The notes beneath the pieces were generated by a model that was given only the letters and a program-made list of their open reading frames with translations, was not told the DNA's origin and did no database searches. A stretch of 64,000 nt of DNA, from assembly GCA_051294905.1 (NCBI GenBank), contig CM119372.1:33296001-33360000 (forward strand), in the 5' to 3' direction. The DNA is from Botryllus schlosseri (taxonomy: Eukaryota). A program made the translations under genes and the position numbers. Below are positions 1 to 13,790 of this stretch, in pieces. Every line of letters begins with the position of its first letter. Within the stretch, counting starts at the first letter, position 1.

Positions 1-300
1 TCTTATGGGCCCGCTGGTGAGGTGCCGCGAAACTCGTGTTGGTGATGGCACCCTTTTGACCCCCCCTTCCGCTGGTGAGGTGCCATGTGTTCTTATGGGA
101 TCTCTGATGATGGTACCCTTTCGGGTATAGGCTTCGTCGGTGATGTGCCGCGAAAACTCGTGTTGGTGATGGTACCCTTTCAGACCACCTATCGCTCATG
201 ATGTGCCATAGTTTCTTACGGGATCTCTGGTGATGTGCTATTGGTTCTTATGGGATCTCTGGTGATGTGTCATTGTTTCTTATGGGATCTCTGGTGAAGT
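1..300 (+). repeat. Subterminal short repeats of the element end (CTTATGGGATCTCTGGTGATGTG-like), mirrored at 13455-13754
   Basis: Several copies of cttatgggatctctg(g/a)tgatg and two of gtgccgcgaaactcgtgttggtgatgg. Confidence 0.85.
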
Positions 301-3300
301 GGTGTTGAATATCAAGTATAGTAAACAGTGACGCCATTACCTAACGTGTATATTCAAAATTATTAAATATGACCGATTCGAGTTAATCCCAACGTTTACG
401 GTGAGTGCGACTTCAATATATCGTTATTCTTATGGGTGCGGCGGTGATTCGCCTGTCGTGCATATAGGATCTCTGATGACGCCACCCTTTCAGGTATACG
501 TTGTGTTGACATGTCGTACTTTCAACAAAAAAGACGTGAAAATAGTTTGCTAAATCTAGGAATTACTCACATGGTAATGTTTGAGTAATTAGATTACCCC
601 AGAGCCGGCGTAGACGGTGATTCGAATACCAACAATAGCCGCGTTCACATATTAACACTCCAAATAGGTGTGAAATAGTTTGCAAACCCTGCGATCGCTG
701 ACAAGATAATGTCTCGGACATAGCCATCTTTCGCGGCTTTGTGTTACAGGCATACCGATCGCTCACGTGGTGAAAATTTAGTAAGCAGTTTGTCACAGAA
801 CTCGATTTCACTCGTAAGATTTAATAAGTAACGAATGACAGAACCACCAGTGTCGGTAACTTGAATTGCGACAAATTGTCATTTATTTCTACTCTAACCC
901 TAATCCTTTGTGAAGTGTACGCTTATTCAAAAAGGTGTGAAATAATTTTAAAATCCTAGGACCGCTCACAGGGTAATGCTTCAGACATAGCGATCGCTCA
1001 TGATTTGGTGTTACAGACATACCGATCGCTCACAAGGTAATATTTCCGCAATAAGTTTGTCACAGAGACGGTGATTCGTAAACCAACAATTTGACACTTT
1101 CTGGTGGTCGCTATATGTTTTGACACTTTGGAACGTGGTTGACTTTAGTTGTATGATAAGAATAATGCGAATATTCAAGCAATGTGTCAATTTGTCAACT
1201 TGAAATGAAATTTACTACACAGCTCAAGTTGATTCGTATCTGAATGTGTTAATTCGGTACAATTCTAATTATTTCGAGAAATCCATTTACCGCGATCTGT
1301 TGATTCGAACGTAACCTGAATATTACTGACTCCAACTTCAATCGCGTCGAATTATTCACACATTCCACGCCGCTGTTTCACACCTATAGAATCAATACCA
1401 ACTAACTAAACAAGAATCAAGAAATCTCAAGTATACACATATAATAATTGTATTTATTTCTGAGAAATCAAACGCCTAACAAAAACACGCAACTTATCAT
1501 TTGGCCAACTCTAGCATTACCAAAAAATCTAGGTATTGTTGATTGAAAACCCTTGAGTCCTTATTATCAAAAATGTTATAGTGTGGCGTCGGAATCCATT
1601 CGCGAGATGTTCTATAGGTAAATTGAGGTAATCCAAAATGAAATATCTCGACTTTGACATAGTCTAAATTGAAATAAATTGACAAACATGACTACCAACT
1701 TTCCCGCAGCTCCATTTCAATATTATACGCACATTGATTTGAAACAAGTAATGATACCTTACAACTCTATTCGCGATCCGGCTTTTCGTTTGTCAAAGCG
1801 ACATTTTAACATCTTACCATACTCAAAAGAATTATTCACAACATCACCAAGTGTTAAAAATCTAGTTTTCACTTACTTGATTATATCACTGCAACTCACA
1901 AATTTGAATTAATTCATTCTGGTTGTATTCGTATGATCGGTCTTTTTTTTTATTCAATTGTAAAGGTCGTTACTGTTCTGAAGACAAAGTAAGCTATTTA
2001 CTAATCGACACATATACGACTTGACATAAACATATTGTATTTTGAGTATACGAGATTTGAATGTCTGAATAATAACCGAGAAATAATTTATCACAATAAA
2101 ATCCGTACATTACAGCGTAAAAGATGTTGGAATGTCAGCAACTCTGTACGGTCAACCCGATCAACTCGTCATGATCATTCCTGAAATCGACACAAACACG
2201 ACCACTGACTTGAGTTAACCACAAAACAGCATCAAGTTTTAAATCCACTTGTAGCTTACGGCTTATTCGAATGCTGGTTATGTTTTGTTGTAATTGAGTG
2301 TACGGAAATAGTATTACATCTCGACATCTTACCATCTTACCATATTCAAAGAGTCAACCACGAAAACATTGCCAAGTAAATCCGTTTGTAACTTACCCAA
2401 CCAACTCAACAGTATCCTTATGAAAAGTAGACAAGACTACGCGAGTAATCACCACAATCCGAAATCCATAGCAAGTTCAGTTGTATTCATAGTCCGCCAA
2501 CTCGTATTTTTTTATTCAGCTGTAAAAGTCGTTACTATTCTGTAACCTAAAGTAATTACTACTCGGCGCGCACAACTTGAGATTAACATAATATGTTTGA
2601 GTATACGAGGTTTGAAAGTTTGACCAACGTAGTTGAGAATTCATTTCTTACAAACGAACGCAGGCGTTATATTGAAAATTATAATGATGTAAACATAAGG
2701 TTCGACACATTGATTTGACATATGAGATTTTGTAATGCTCGACCATGACTTGATTATTAAATTATTTTGAATCGCCTGAAATAATTGTCGTCATCTAACC
2801 AGACTACTGAAAGTCGTTGCCATCACAAAAACAATTTGCATGACGTTTATTAAATGTGTCCTATAGTTAGAATTATTTGTAAAATACACACACAATCAGA
2901 GAAATTGAAAATCTTCCTAATTTCATTCGTCAAAGTAAATGTCATCACAATACTCAGTCACTAAAAGACCTTACTTGTACGGGATTGAAGCACCGATAAT
3001 TAACTAGCTAAACCGAACTCCAAAGAAATTTTACTCACTCGACGGATATGAAACAGCGTCGCTTAATCGGTCTATATCGTTTTTCTAAATGCAAATCATA
3101 TCCACCCAGCAGAAAACAATTTTCACTCGCTTGGTAATGAAACCGAAGTCTCCATTTGATATTTTATTTTTGGTCAAATACTTTGCAATGAACACATTTG
3201 AGTGGCTGAGCTTTACATCATCAAGCTGTCATCTGTAAATCAAGATTACATCCAACTTGTAACTGTATCGTTTAACTACCAGGTTGCATCAGTTTGCTAT

Positions 3301-5059
3301 TTTTGTCATTCAGTGACTGCTGAACATACCAAACGATACACATTCACTTACGAAATACTGTGTTGATCGTAATTTGCATCATCGTGATAATCGCAGTACA
3401 TTTGTTTCGAGTTCATAACAACCGACTACTTCTCTATGACATGACGAATTTTTGAAAAGTTAAGCTTAGAAGATTGGTGCATCTCGCGAAAAATAATATA
3501 CCACTCATATTGATACTGTTACTCCATTGACCGGTATTTTCAAACGAGTCGATTTTCAACCGTGCAAAATTTATTACTTGAGTTGTCCCGCTTACTATAT
3601 TTAAATGTAAACTCACCCGTCTTTCAACAACAAACAATGATAAAAAAGTACACAAGCAAACACAACAAGTTTTACTTTTGTTGGACACTAATTATTATTC
3701 CACGCATCTCATTTCACACTAAGTGTATATGAAAGATATTCATGGTACACGAATATATTCGCTCATGCTACGAACATACGCAATGATTGGTGACGCTTTC
3801 ACACTATTTCAATTTAGTGTAACAAAAACAACAACAACAATTTTCACTCTCTTGACTTATGAAAACAACAGACGAACCTTCATTCAATATTTTGTTTTTG
3901 TCAACTAGTTACTTCTTCATGAGACCCCCACTACTCTTACAAAAGTACGAAAGATATTTACATCACACAAAGTAATCAACTTTACTCGATATTCCCACAT
4001 TACGAAACTAAAGAATGGTTGGTTTGGCTCTACAAACTGTTTCGTTACCTCAAGACCTTTATTGTCTGAATGGTTGTTCATGTGTCTTAAGAACCGAATA
4101 GTTCAACACAGCACTAGTATTAACAGAAACACCAGAGTTGTTTACACAAAAGTTGTATGTGTGCAGTATACAAATATCATGTGTAAGTCCAGCACAATTG
4201 TGGTATCCATACGAGTTAAGTTAACACAATTTACGACACCGAGGTCGCCTCATCTTTCGTAAGACAACAAACCAAGGCTTCAGGATATGTCCATGTCATA
4301 ACAATAAATCAGCTACGCCAACAACAGAGTACATATGTTTTCTAGTTACGGTGCTTACATCTTACACTCAAATCGACCTACTTTGCTAACGAAAAGTGCT
4401 GAGTCATCACATGATTGTCCTCACAACAATACAACTAAAACATATTATCATACAAAATGATCGTTATAGTTTGCACACCAATGGTACATCGTACAAGTAA
4501 CAAGTCTCGAGGATTGAGTTATTGAAAAAACGTTAAAGTGTTTCTACGTCAAGTCGTTATGTTGACGAAAGCGTATATTGTAATATCATGATCGATTTGC
4601 ATTCGTTGGTCACAAACTGTTACTACTCTAAATAATTCTTTTTCACTCAAAGCCTACTTGTCACCATTCGTTTTCATCAAGTACGAGCTCAAGAAACTTA
4701 CTACGACATGAATTTTTATTTTTATGTTGTGTAAATAGGTAATAATTTTAGTAACACTATATCAACATCATCGAGTTGCGCGAATAGATTTACATGTGGT
4801 CTTGTGGTTTTAATCGAAGCATACAGCACGGTCTAATGTAGAGTCATCTCTATTGTACAGCAAGCCGGTAATCGAAATGCATGAATTAGCATTTGAACAA
4901 CGATCTTGTTTCGTCCTACCAAAAATAGTTTTACTGTCGCGATACTCTGCACAAGACGTGTAAATCCTTTTCACATTCGTAATAGTATACCAACGGATAC
5001 CGGCGACAACGTTTAACAATACCAACGACACTAAACATACGATACCTACCAAAGTAAAA

Positions 5060-5660
5060 TTACCATTTTCACCTAGAGGTCGGTCGTTACCCGAGTAGAA
5101 ATACCATTGTCCTTTGGAGATTTATCGTTTACCCAGTGTAACAAACCCCTTTTCCTTTGGAAATATATTTTTTCTCTGGGTAACAAACCTTTTTCACTTG
5201 GAAATATATTTTTTCTCTGGGTAACAAACCTTTTTCACTTGGAAATATATTTTTTCTCTGGTTAACAAACCTTTTTCACTTGGAAATATATTTTTTCTCT
5301 GGTTAACAAACCTTTTTCACTTGGAAATATATTTTTTCTCTGGGTAACAAACCTTTTTCACTTGGAAATATATTTTTTCCCCGGGTAACAAACCTTTTTC
5401 CCTGAGCAACAAACCATTTTCACTTGGTGGTCCGTCGTTTACCCGAGTAAAAATATCATTTTCTTTTGGAGATCCGGCGTTTACCCAGTGTAACAATACA
5501 TTTTCACTTGGAAAAATACTTTTACCTAGAGTAACTAATCATTTTCTCCTGGGTAGCAAACCCTTTTCGTCTGGAAACTATCATTTACCTGAGTACCAAT
5601 ACCGTTTTCACTTGGAAATCTATCTTTTCCCTGGGTAACAATACCATTTTCGTTTGGAAA
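5060..5660. repeat. 41/42-bp minisatellite inside the arm (mirror 8095-8695)
   Basis: Near-perfect 41-bp units start at 5161, 5202, 5243, 5284, 5325 and 5366 (aaatatattttttctctgggtaacaaacctttttcacttgg), flanked by diverged ~42-bp units. Confidence 0.95.
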
Positions 5661-6390
5661 ACTGACAACCACACCGGTCAATTTGATATTTTTTGTATAT
5701 TGTTACAACAGACAGCGACAAAATATACACCAACAACGACTCCGATACATTTGTCTAATCAAATATTCACTTGCTCTGATGCATCCCATCAAAATCATTG
5801 GTTACTCACATACAATAACAATGTGCTGTTGTACATCGACATGTATGTTTCGGAATTGGTGAATAAAGGGGTTTCCGATATGTCCGTGATGTCCGGGTTC
5901 GTGATTTGGATTTTCCAGAGTCAAAATGTCTGAATAAAACACCTCCTCGACTTTGGTAACTGGTTGATACACGGATAATGGTGTTTGGAAAACGGATGAA
6001 TTTATGTTCCCCATCGCGCTGACAACATCGGGTTACTTGTGAGTTTCCTCGGGTCTGTTTACTATATTGTGTCTTTACTGGTCAATACATGTCGCTCCAG
6101 TCAGCTGAAACCGGATCACTCATATGAGAAAGTATGTGGACCGGATCCGGATATTCACTCATGACCCAACGACCGATATTCAAGTAAACATGTTACAGAC
6201 CGTGTTTTGTCTCCATGAAAAATACCTATGCATACACCATCACATCAAGTACGTCACGATTGTTCACAAGTATTTGCGTAAACGAGGTGTATGTACAATG
6301 TGTCGATGCACAAACATCATGGGACACAAATTCACGTTCTCAAGTCTCATCATGCGCCGACTCTGTACATTCAATGTGGGCATAGACGAC

Positions 6391-7364
6391 ACACGACATG
6401 ATACAATGGATAGTGCATTATGCATACTGATATATTCTCAGTCAAATATGCGAACCATACACAACCATATACCCTGATTTTCGCTGAATATCCACAACAC
6501 CAACAAATCTGTACATTTCCTTTCCCTCGACCTCGACGATAGAGTTGTCGTCCCAATGTACCAATCGAGTGTATGGTTCATCAGGTGTAAAATCCAAATC
6601 AAATGTCACCAAGGTATCGTTTTTCATTTTCAATATTTCCACCGCTGCGTCTTGTCTGTGTCGTAAGACCACGGTGTGGGGCCAGAGGAATCTATGGACA
6701 GTTACGCGTAGTCCCATATTTACCCGTGGATATGGTCAGGTTACGACAACGTTTTCTCAATGGTCTGCGTGGGTGCACCGTTTCAATAGGTAACTGGATC
6801 AACTAGACCAAAAGTTTCCGACCGCGGTTTATGTTAACCTGTAGAGTTACGAGATAGCACCTTCTTGCGGTGTGATTAACACGAAATCAGCCTTCAGCTC
6901 GCAGAGACACACCTGGATTACATTATCAAATCGTAATTAAACTCGAGATTCACACACACACACAGTCCCTGTTTACGATTTCAATCCGGAGTCACTGCTC
7001 GCGATGTTTGTCTGTAGTCGTTGTGTGGGAGTAGCAACATCGGGCATATTCATCACCTGCAAGATTGATAACGATGGTGATCGCCAAATACATTAAACCA
7101 GGTGAAACACTGCGGTCTCAGCAAAAAGTTCGCAGGTTAGGACGAACAATACGTGGAGGGATTGAGCGAGTTACGCAACCCGATTATGTCGAAGTCTGGA
7201 TCACGATACAAGTCTACCTGAGAATCCGAACAATCTTGCGAAATCAAGGTGTGAACCCGTGAAAGGGCTGTACTCGTGTGAGATTTATTTTTCACAAGTT
7301 GGGTGGAGGTCGGTTCATACTAAGACCATGTTACGTCAAAATATGACCGCTTGCCTGTCTCCAA
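6391..7364. other. 974-bp unique spacer (loop) of the foldback element
   Basis: Not mirrored. Contains minus-strand ORF 6442..6717, whose frame runs on with stops into the left arm. Confidence 0.9.
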
Positions 7365-10300
7365 GTCGTCTATGCCCACATTGAATGTACAGAGTCGGCG
7401 CATGATGAGACTTGAGAACGTGAGTTTGTGTCCCATGATGTTTGTGCATCGACACATTGTACATACACCTCGTTTACGCAAATACTTGTGAACAATCGTG
7501 ACGTACTTGATGTGATGGTGTATGCATAGGTATTTTTCATGGAGACAAAACACGGTCTGTAACATGTTTACTTGAATATCGGTCGTTGGGTCATGAGTGA
7601 ATATCCGGATCCGGTCCACATACTTTCTCATATTAGTGATCCGGTTTCAGCTGACTGGAGCGACATGTATTGACCAGTAAAGACACAATATAGTAAACAG
7701 ACCCGAGGAAACTCACAAGTAACCCGATGTTGTCAGCGCGATGGGGAACATAAATTCATCCGTTTTCCAAACACCATTATCCGTGTATCAACCAGTTACC
7801 AAAGTCGAGGAGGTGTTTTATTCAGACATTTTGACTCTGGAAAATCCAAAGCACGAACCCGGACATCACGGACATATCGGAAACCCCTTTATTCACCAAT
7901 TCCGAAACATACATGTCGATGTACAACAGCACATTGTTATTGTATGTGAGTAACCAATGATTTTGATGGGATGCATCAGAGCAAGTGAATATTTGATTAG
8001 ACAAATGTATCGGAGTCGTTGTTGGTGTATATTTTGTCGCTGTCTGTTGTAACAATATACAAAAAATATCAAATTGACCGGTGTGGTTGTCAGTTTTCCA
8101 AACGAAAATGGTATTGTTACCCAGGGAAAAGATAGATTTCCAAGTGAAAACGGTATTGGTACTCAGGTAAATGATAGTTTCCAGACGAAAAGGGTTTGCT
8201 ACCCAGGAGAAAATGATTAGTTACTCTAGGTAAAAGTATTTTTCCAAGTGAAAATGTATTGTTACACTGGGTAAACGCCGGATCTCCAAAAGAAAATGAT
8301 ATTTTTACTCGGGTAAACGACGGACCACCAAGTGAAAATGGTTTGTTGCTCAGGGAAAAAGGTTTGTTACCCGGGGAAAAAATATATTTCCAAGTGAAAA
8401 AGGTTTGTTACCCAGAGAAAAAATATATTTCCAAGTGAAAAAGGTTTGTTAACCAGAGAAAAAATATATTTCCAAGTGAAAAAGGTTTGTTAACCAGAGA
8501 AAAAATATATTTCCAAGTGAAAAAGGTTTGTTACCCAGAGAAAAAATATATTTCCAAGTGAAAAAGGTTTGTTACCCAGAGAAAAAATATATTTCCAAAG
8601 GAAAAGGGGTTTGTTACACTGGGTAAACGATAAATCTCCAAAGGACAATGGTATTTCTACTCGGGTAACGACCGACCTCTAGGTGAAAATGGTAATTTTA
8701 CTTTGGTAGGTATCGTATGTTTAGTGTCGTTGGTATTGTTAAACGTTGTCGCCGGTATCCGTTGGTATACTATTACGAATGTGAAAAGGATTTACACGTC
8801 TTGTGCAGAGTATCGCGACAGTAAAACTATTTTTGGTAGGACGAAACAAGATCGTTGTTCAAATGCTAATTCATGCATTTCGATTACCGGCTTGCTGTAC
8901 AATAGAGATGACTCTACATTAGACCGTGCTGTATGCTTCGATTAAAACCACAAGACCACATGTAAATCTATTCGCGCAACTCGATGATGTTGATATAGTG
9001 TTACTAAAATTATTACCTATTTACACAACATAAAAATAAAAATTCATGTCGTAGTAAGTTTCTTGAGCTCGTACTTGATGAAAACGAATGGTGACAAGTA
9101 GGCTTTGAGTGAAAAAGAATTATTTAGAGTAGTAACAGTTTGTGACCAACGAATGCAAATCGATCATGATATTACAATATACGCTTTCGTCAACATAACG
9201 ACTTGACGTAGAAACACTTTAACGTTTTTTCAATAACTCAATCCTCGAGACTTGTTACTTGTACGATGTACCATTGGTGTGCAAACTATAACGATCATTT
9301 TGTATGATAATATGTTTTAGTTGTATTGTTGTGAGGACAATCATGTGATGACTCAGCACTTTTCGTTAGCAAAGTAGGTCGATTTGAGTGTAAGATGTAA
9401 GCACCGTAACTAGAAAACATATGTACTCTGTTGTTGGCGTAGCTGATTTATTGTTATGACATGGACATATCCTGAAGCCTTGGTTTGTTGTCTTACGAAA
9501 GATGAGGCGACCTCGGTGTCGTAAATTGTGTTAACTTAACTCGTATGGATACCACAATTGTGCTGGACTTACACATGATATTTGTATACTGCACACATAC
9601 AACTTTTGTGTAAACAACTCTGGTGTTTCTGTTAATACTAGTGCTGTGTTGAACTATTCGGTTCTTAAGACACATGAACAACCATTCAGACAATAAAGGT
9701 CTTGAGGTAACGAAACAGTTTGTAGAGCCAAACCAACCATTCTTTAGTTTCGTAATGTGGGAATATCGAGTAAAGTTGATTACTTTGTGTGATGTAAATA
9801 TCTTTCGTACTTTTGTAAGAGTAGTGGGGGTCTCATGAAGAAGTAACTAGTTGACAAAAACAAAATATTGAATGAAGGTTCGTCTGTTGTTTTCATAAGT
9901 CAAGAGAGTGAAAATTGTTGTTGTTGTTTTTGTTACACTAAATTGAAATAGTGTGAAAGCGTCACCAATCATTGCGTATGTTCGTAGCATGAGCGAATAT
10001 ATTCGTGTACCATGAATATCTTTCATATACACTTAGTGTGAAATGAGATGCGTGGAATAATAATTAGTGTCCAACAAAAGTAAAACTTGTTGTGTTTGCT
10101 TGTGTACTTTTTTATCATTGTTTGTTGTTGAAAGACGGGTGAGTTTACATTTAAATATAGTAAGCGGGACAACTCAAGTAATAAATTTTGCACGGTTGAA
10201 AATCGACTCGTTTGAAAATACCGGTCAATGGAGTAACAGTATCAATATGAGTGGTATATTATTTTTCGCGAGATGCACCAATCTTCTAAGCTTAACTTTT

Positions 10301-13300
10301 CAAAAATTCGTCATGTCATAGAGAAGTAGTCGGTTGTTATGAACTCGAAACAAATGTACTGCGATTATCACGATGATGCAAATTACGATCAACACAGTAT
10401 TTCGTAAGTGAATGTGTATCGTTTGGTATGTTCAGCAGTCACTGAATGACAAAAATAGCAAACTGATGCAACCTGGTAGTTAAACGATACAGTTACAAGT
10501 TGGATGTAATCTTGATTTACAGATGACAGCTTGATGATGTAAAGCTCAGCCACTCAAATGTGTTCATTGCAAAGTATTTGACCAAAAATAAAATATCAAA
10601 TGGAGACTTCGGTTTCATTACCAAGCGAGTGAAAATTGTTTTCTGCTGGGTGGATATGATTTGCATTTAGAAAAACGATATAGACCGATTAAGCGACGCT
10701 GTTTCATATCCGTCGAGTGAGTAAAATTTCTTTGGAGTTCGGTTTAGCTAGTTAATTATCGGTGCTTCAATCCCGTACAAGTAAGGTCTTTTAGTGACTG
10801 AGTATTGTGATGACATTTACTTTGACGAATGAAATTAGGAAGATTTTCAATTTCTCTGATTGTGTGTGTATTTTACAAATAATTCTAACTATAGGACACA
10901 TTTAATAAACGTCATGCAAATTGTTTTTGTGATGGCAACGACTTTCAGTAGTCTGGTTAGATGACGACAATTATTTCAGGCGATTCAAAATAATTTAATA
11001 ATCAAGTCATGGTCGAGCATTACAAAATCTCATATGTCAAATCAATGTGTCGAACCTTATGTTTACATCATTATAATTTTCAATATAACGCCTGCGTTCG
11101 TTTGTAAGAAATGAATTCTCAACTACGTTGGTCAAACTTTCAAACCTCGTATACTCAAACATATTATGTTAATCTCAAGTTGTGCGCGCCGAGTAGTAAT
11201 TACTTTAGGTTACAGAATAGTAACGACTTTTACAGCTGAATAAAAAAATACGAGTTGGCGGACTATGAATACAACTGAACTTGCTATGGATTTCGGATTG
11301 TGGTGATTACTCGCGTAGTCTTGTCTACTTTTCATAAGGATACTGTTGAGTTGGTTGGGTAAGTTACAAACGGATTTACTTGGCAATGTTTTCGTGGTTG
11401 ACTCTTTGAATATGGTAAGATGGTAAGATGTCGAGATGTAATACTATTTCCGTACACTCAATTACAACAAAACATAACCAGCATTCGAATAAGCCGTAAG
11501 CTACAAGTGGATTTAAAACTTGATGCTGTTTTGTGGTTAACTCAAGTCAGTGGTCGTGTTTGTGTCGATTTCAGGAATGATCATGACGAGTTGATCGGGT
11601 TGACCGTACAGAGTTGCTGACATTCCAACATCTTTTACGCTGTAATGTACGGATTTTATTGTGATAAATTATTTCTCGGTTATTATTCAGACATTCAAAT
11701 CTCGTATACTCAAAATACAATATGTTTATGTCAAGTCGTATATGTGTCGATTAGTAAATAGCTTACTTTGTCTTCAGAACAGTAACGACCTTTACAATTG
11801 AATAAAAAAAAAGACCGATCATACGAATACAACCAGAATGAATTAATTCAAATTTGTGAGTTGCAGTGATATAATCAAGTAAGTGAAAACTAGATTTTTA
11901 ACACTTGGTGATGTTGTGAATAATTCTTTTGAGTATGGTAAGATGTTAAAATGTCGCTTTGACAAACGAAAAGCCGGATCGCGAATAGAGTTGTAAGGTA
12001 TCATTACTTGTTTCAAATCAATGTGCGTATAATATTGAAATGGAGCTGCGGGAAAGTTGGTAGTCATGTTTGTCAATTTATTTCAATTTAGACTATGTCA
12101 AAGTCGAGATATTTCATTTTGGATTACCTCAATTTACCTATAGAACATCTCGCGAATGGATTCCGACGCCACACTATAACATTTTTGATAATAAGGACTC
12201 AAGGGTTTTCAATCAACAATACCTAGATTTTTTGGTAATGCTAGAGTTGGCCAAATGATAAGTTGCGTGTTTTTGTTAGGCGTTTGATTTCTCAGAAATA
12301 AATACAATTATTATATGTGTATACTTGAGATTTCTTGATTCTTGTTTAGTTAGTTGGTATTGATTCTATAGGTGTGAAACAGCGGCGTGGAATGTGTGAA
12401 TAATTCGACGCGATTGAAGTTGGAGTCAGTAATATTCAGGTTACGTTCGAATCAACAGATCGCGGTAAATGGATTTCTCGAAATAATTAGAATTGTACCG
12501 AATTAACACATTCAGATACGAATCAACTTGAGCTGTGTAGTAAATTTCATTTCAAGTTGACAAATTGACACATTGCTTGAATATTCGCATTATTCTTATC
12601 ATACAACTAAAGTCAACCACGTTCCAAAGTGTCAAAACATATAGCGACCACCAGAAAGTGTCAAATTGTTGGTTTACGAATCACCGTCTCTGTGACAAAC
12701 TTATTGCGGAAATATTACCTTGTGAGCGATCGGTATGTCTGTAACACCAAATCATGAGCGATCGCTATGTCTGAAGCATTACCCTGTGAGCGGTCCTAGG
12801 ATTTTAAAATTATTTCACACCTTTTTGAATAAGCGTACACTTCACAAAGGATTAGGGTTAGAGTAGAAATAAATGACAATTTGTCGCAATTCAAGTTACC
12901 GACACTGGTGGTTCTGTCATTCGTTACTTATTAAATCTTACGAGTGAAATCGAGTTCTGTGACAAACTGCTTACTAAATTTTCACCACGTGAGCGATCGG
13001 TATGCCTGTAACACAAAGCCGCGAAAGATGGCTATGTCCGAGACATTATCTTGTCAGCGATCGCAGGGTTTGCAAACTATTTCACACCTATTTGGAGTGT
13101 TAATATGTGAACGCGGCTATTGTTGGTATTCGAATCACCGTCTACGCCGGCTCTGGGGTAATCTAATTACTCAAACATTACCATGTGAGTAATTCCTAGA
13201 TTTAGCAAACTATTTTCACGTCTTTTTTGTTGAAAGTACGACATGTCAACACAACGTATACCTGAAAGGGTGGCGTCATCAGAGATCCTATATGCACGAC

Positions 13301-13754
13301 AGGCGAATCACCGCCGCACCCATAAGAATAACGATATATTGAAGTCGCACTCACCGTAAACGTTGGGATTAACTCGAATCGGTCATATTTAATAATTTTG
13401 AATATACACGTTAGGTAATGGCGTCACTGTTTACTATACTTGATATTCAACACCACTTCACCAGAGATCCCATAAGAAACAATGACACATCACCAGAGAT
13501 CCCATAAGAACCAATAGCACATCACCAGAGATCCCGTAAGAAACTATGGCACATCATGAGCGATAGGTGGTCTGAAAGGGTACCATCACCAACACGAGTT
13601 TTCGCGGCACATCACCGACGAAGCCTATACCCGAAAGGGTACCATCATCAGAGATCCCATAAGAACACATGGCACCTCACCAGCGGAAGGAGGGGTCAAA
13701 AGGGTGCCATCACCAACACGAGTTTCGCGGCACCTCACCAGCGGGCCCATAAGA
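7365..13754. repeat. Right arm of ~6.4-kb inverted repeat
   Basis: Reverse complement of 1-6390 with no net indel. The only differences I found are at 5904/7851, 6121/7634 and 6331/7424. Confidence 0.98.
11100..12260 (+). pseudogene. Tandem paralogous decayed small genes in the arm (mirror ~1500-2655)
   Basis: Blocks at 11141 and 11696 align (ctcgtatactcaaa...agtaacgac.tttaca..tgaataaaaaa) and end RLQNSNDFYS* / CLQNSNDLYN*. A second shared block tttga.tatggtaagatg lies at 11405 and 11928. Confidence 0.5.
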
Positions 13755-13790
13755 CACCATTGCAGGTCACGAGCGATCTACTATACTACT

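Larger units (their letters stand above)
1..6390. repeat. Left arm of ~6.4-kb inverted repeat
   Basis: Every ORF here has a mirror ORF with coordinate sum 13755 (e.g. 563..811 - and 12944..13192 +). Pairing stops at 6390/7365. Confidence 0.98.
1..13790. mobile_element. Non-autonomous Polinton/Maverick-like giant foldback element (left end outside the window)
   Basis: Inverted arms 1-6390 / 7365-13754. Right terminus reads 5'-AGTAGTATAGTAGATCGC on the minus strand (AG start with an AGT microrepeat, as in Polintons). Sequence from 13791 resumes mid-unit of a host satellite. I recognised no pPolB, integrase or capsid motif. Confidence 0.7.

Noticed and set aside
4002..4040. dUTPase motif V-like KNGWFGSTN
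   Set aside because: No other dUTPase motifs in any nearby frame; probably chance.
5161..5400. CRISPR-like array
   Set aside because: Contiguous tandem units with no unique spacers, in a eukaryotic context.
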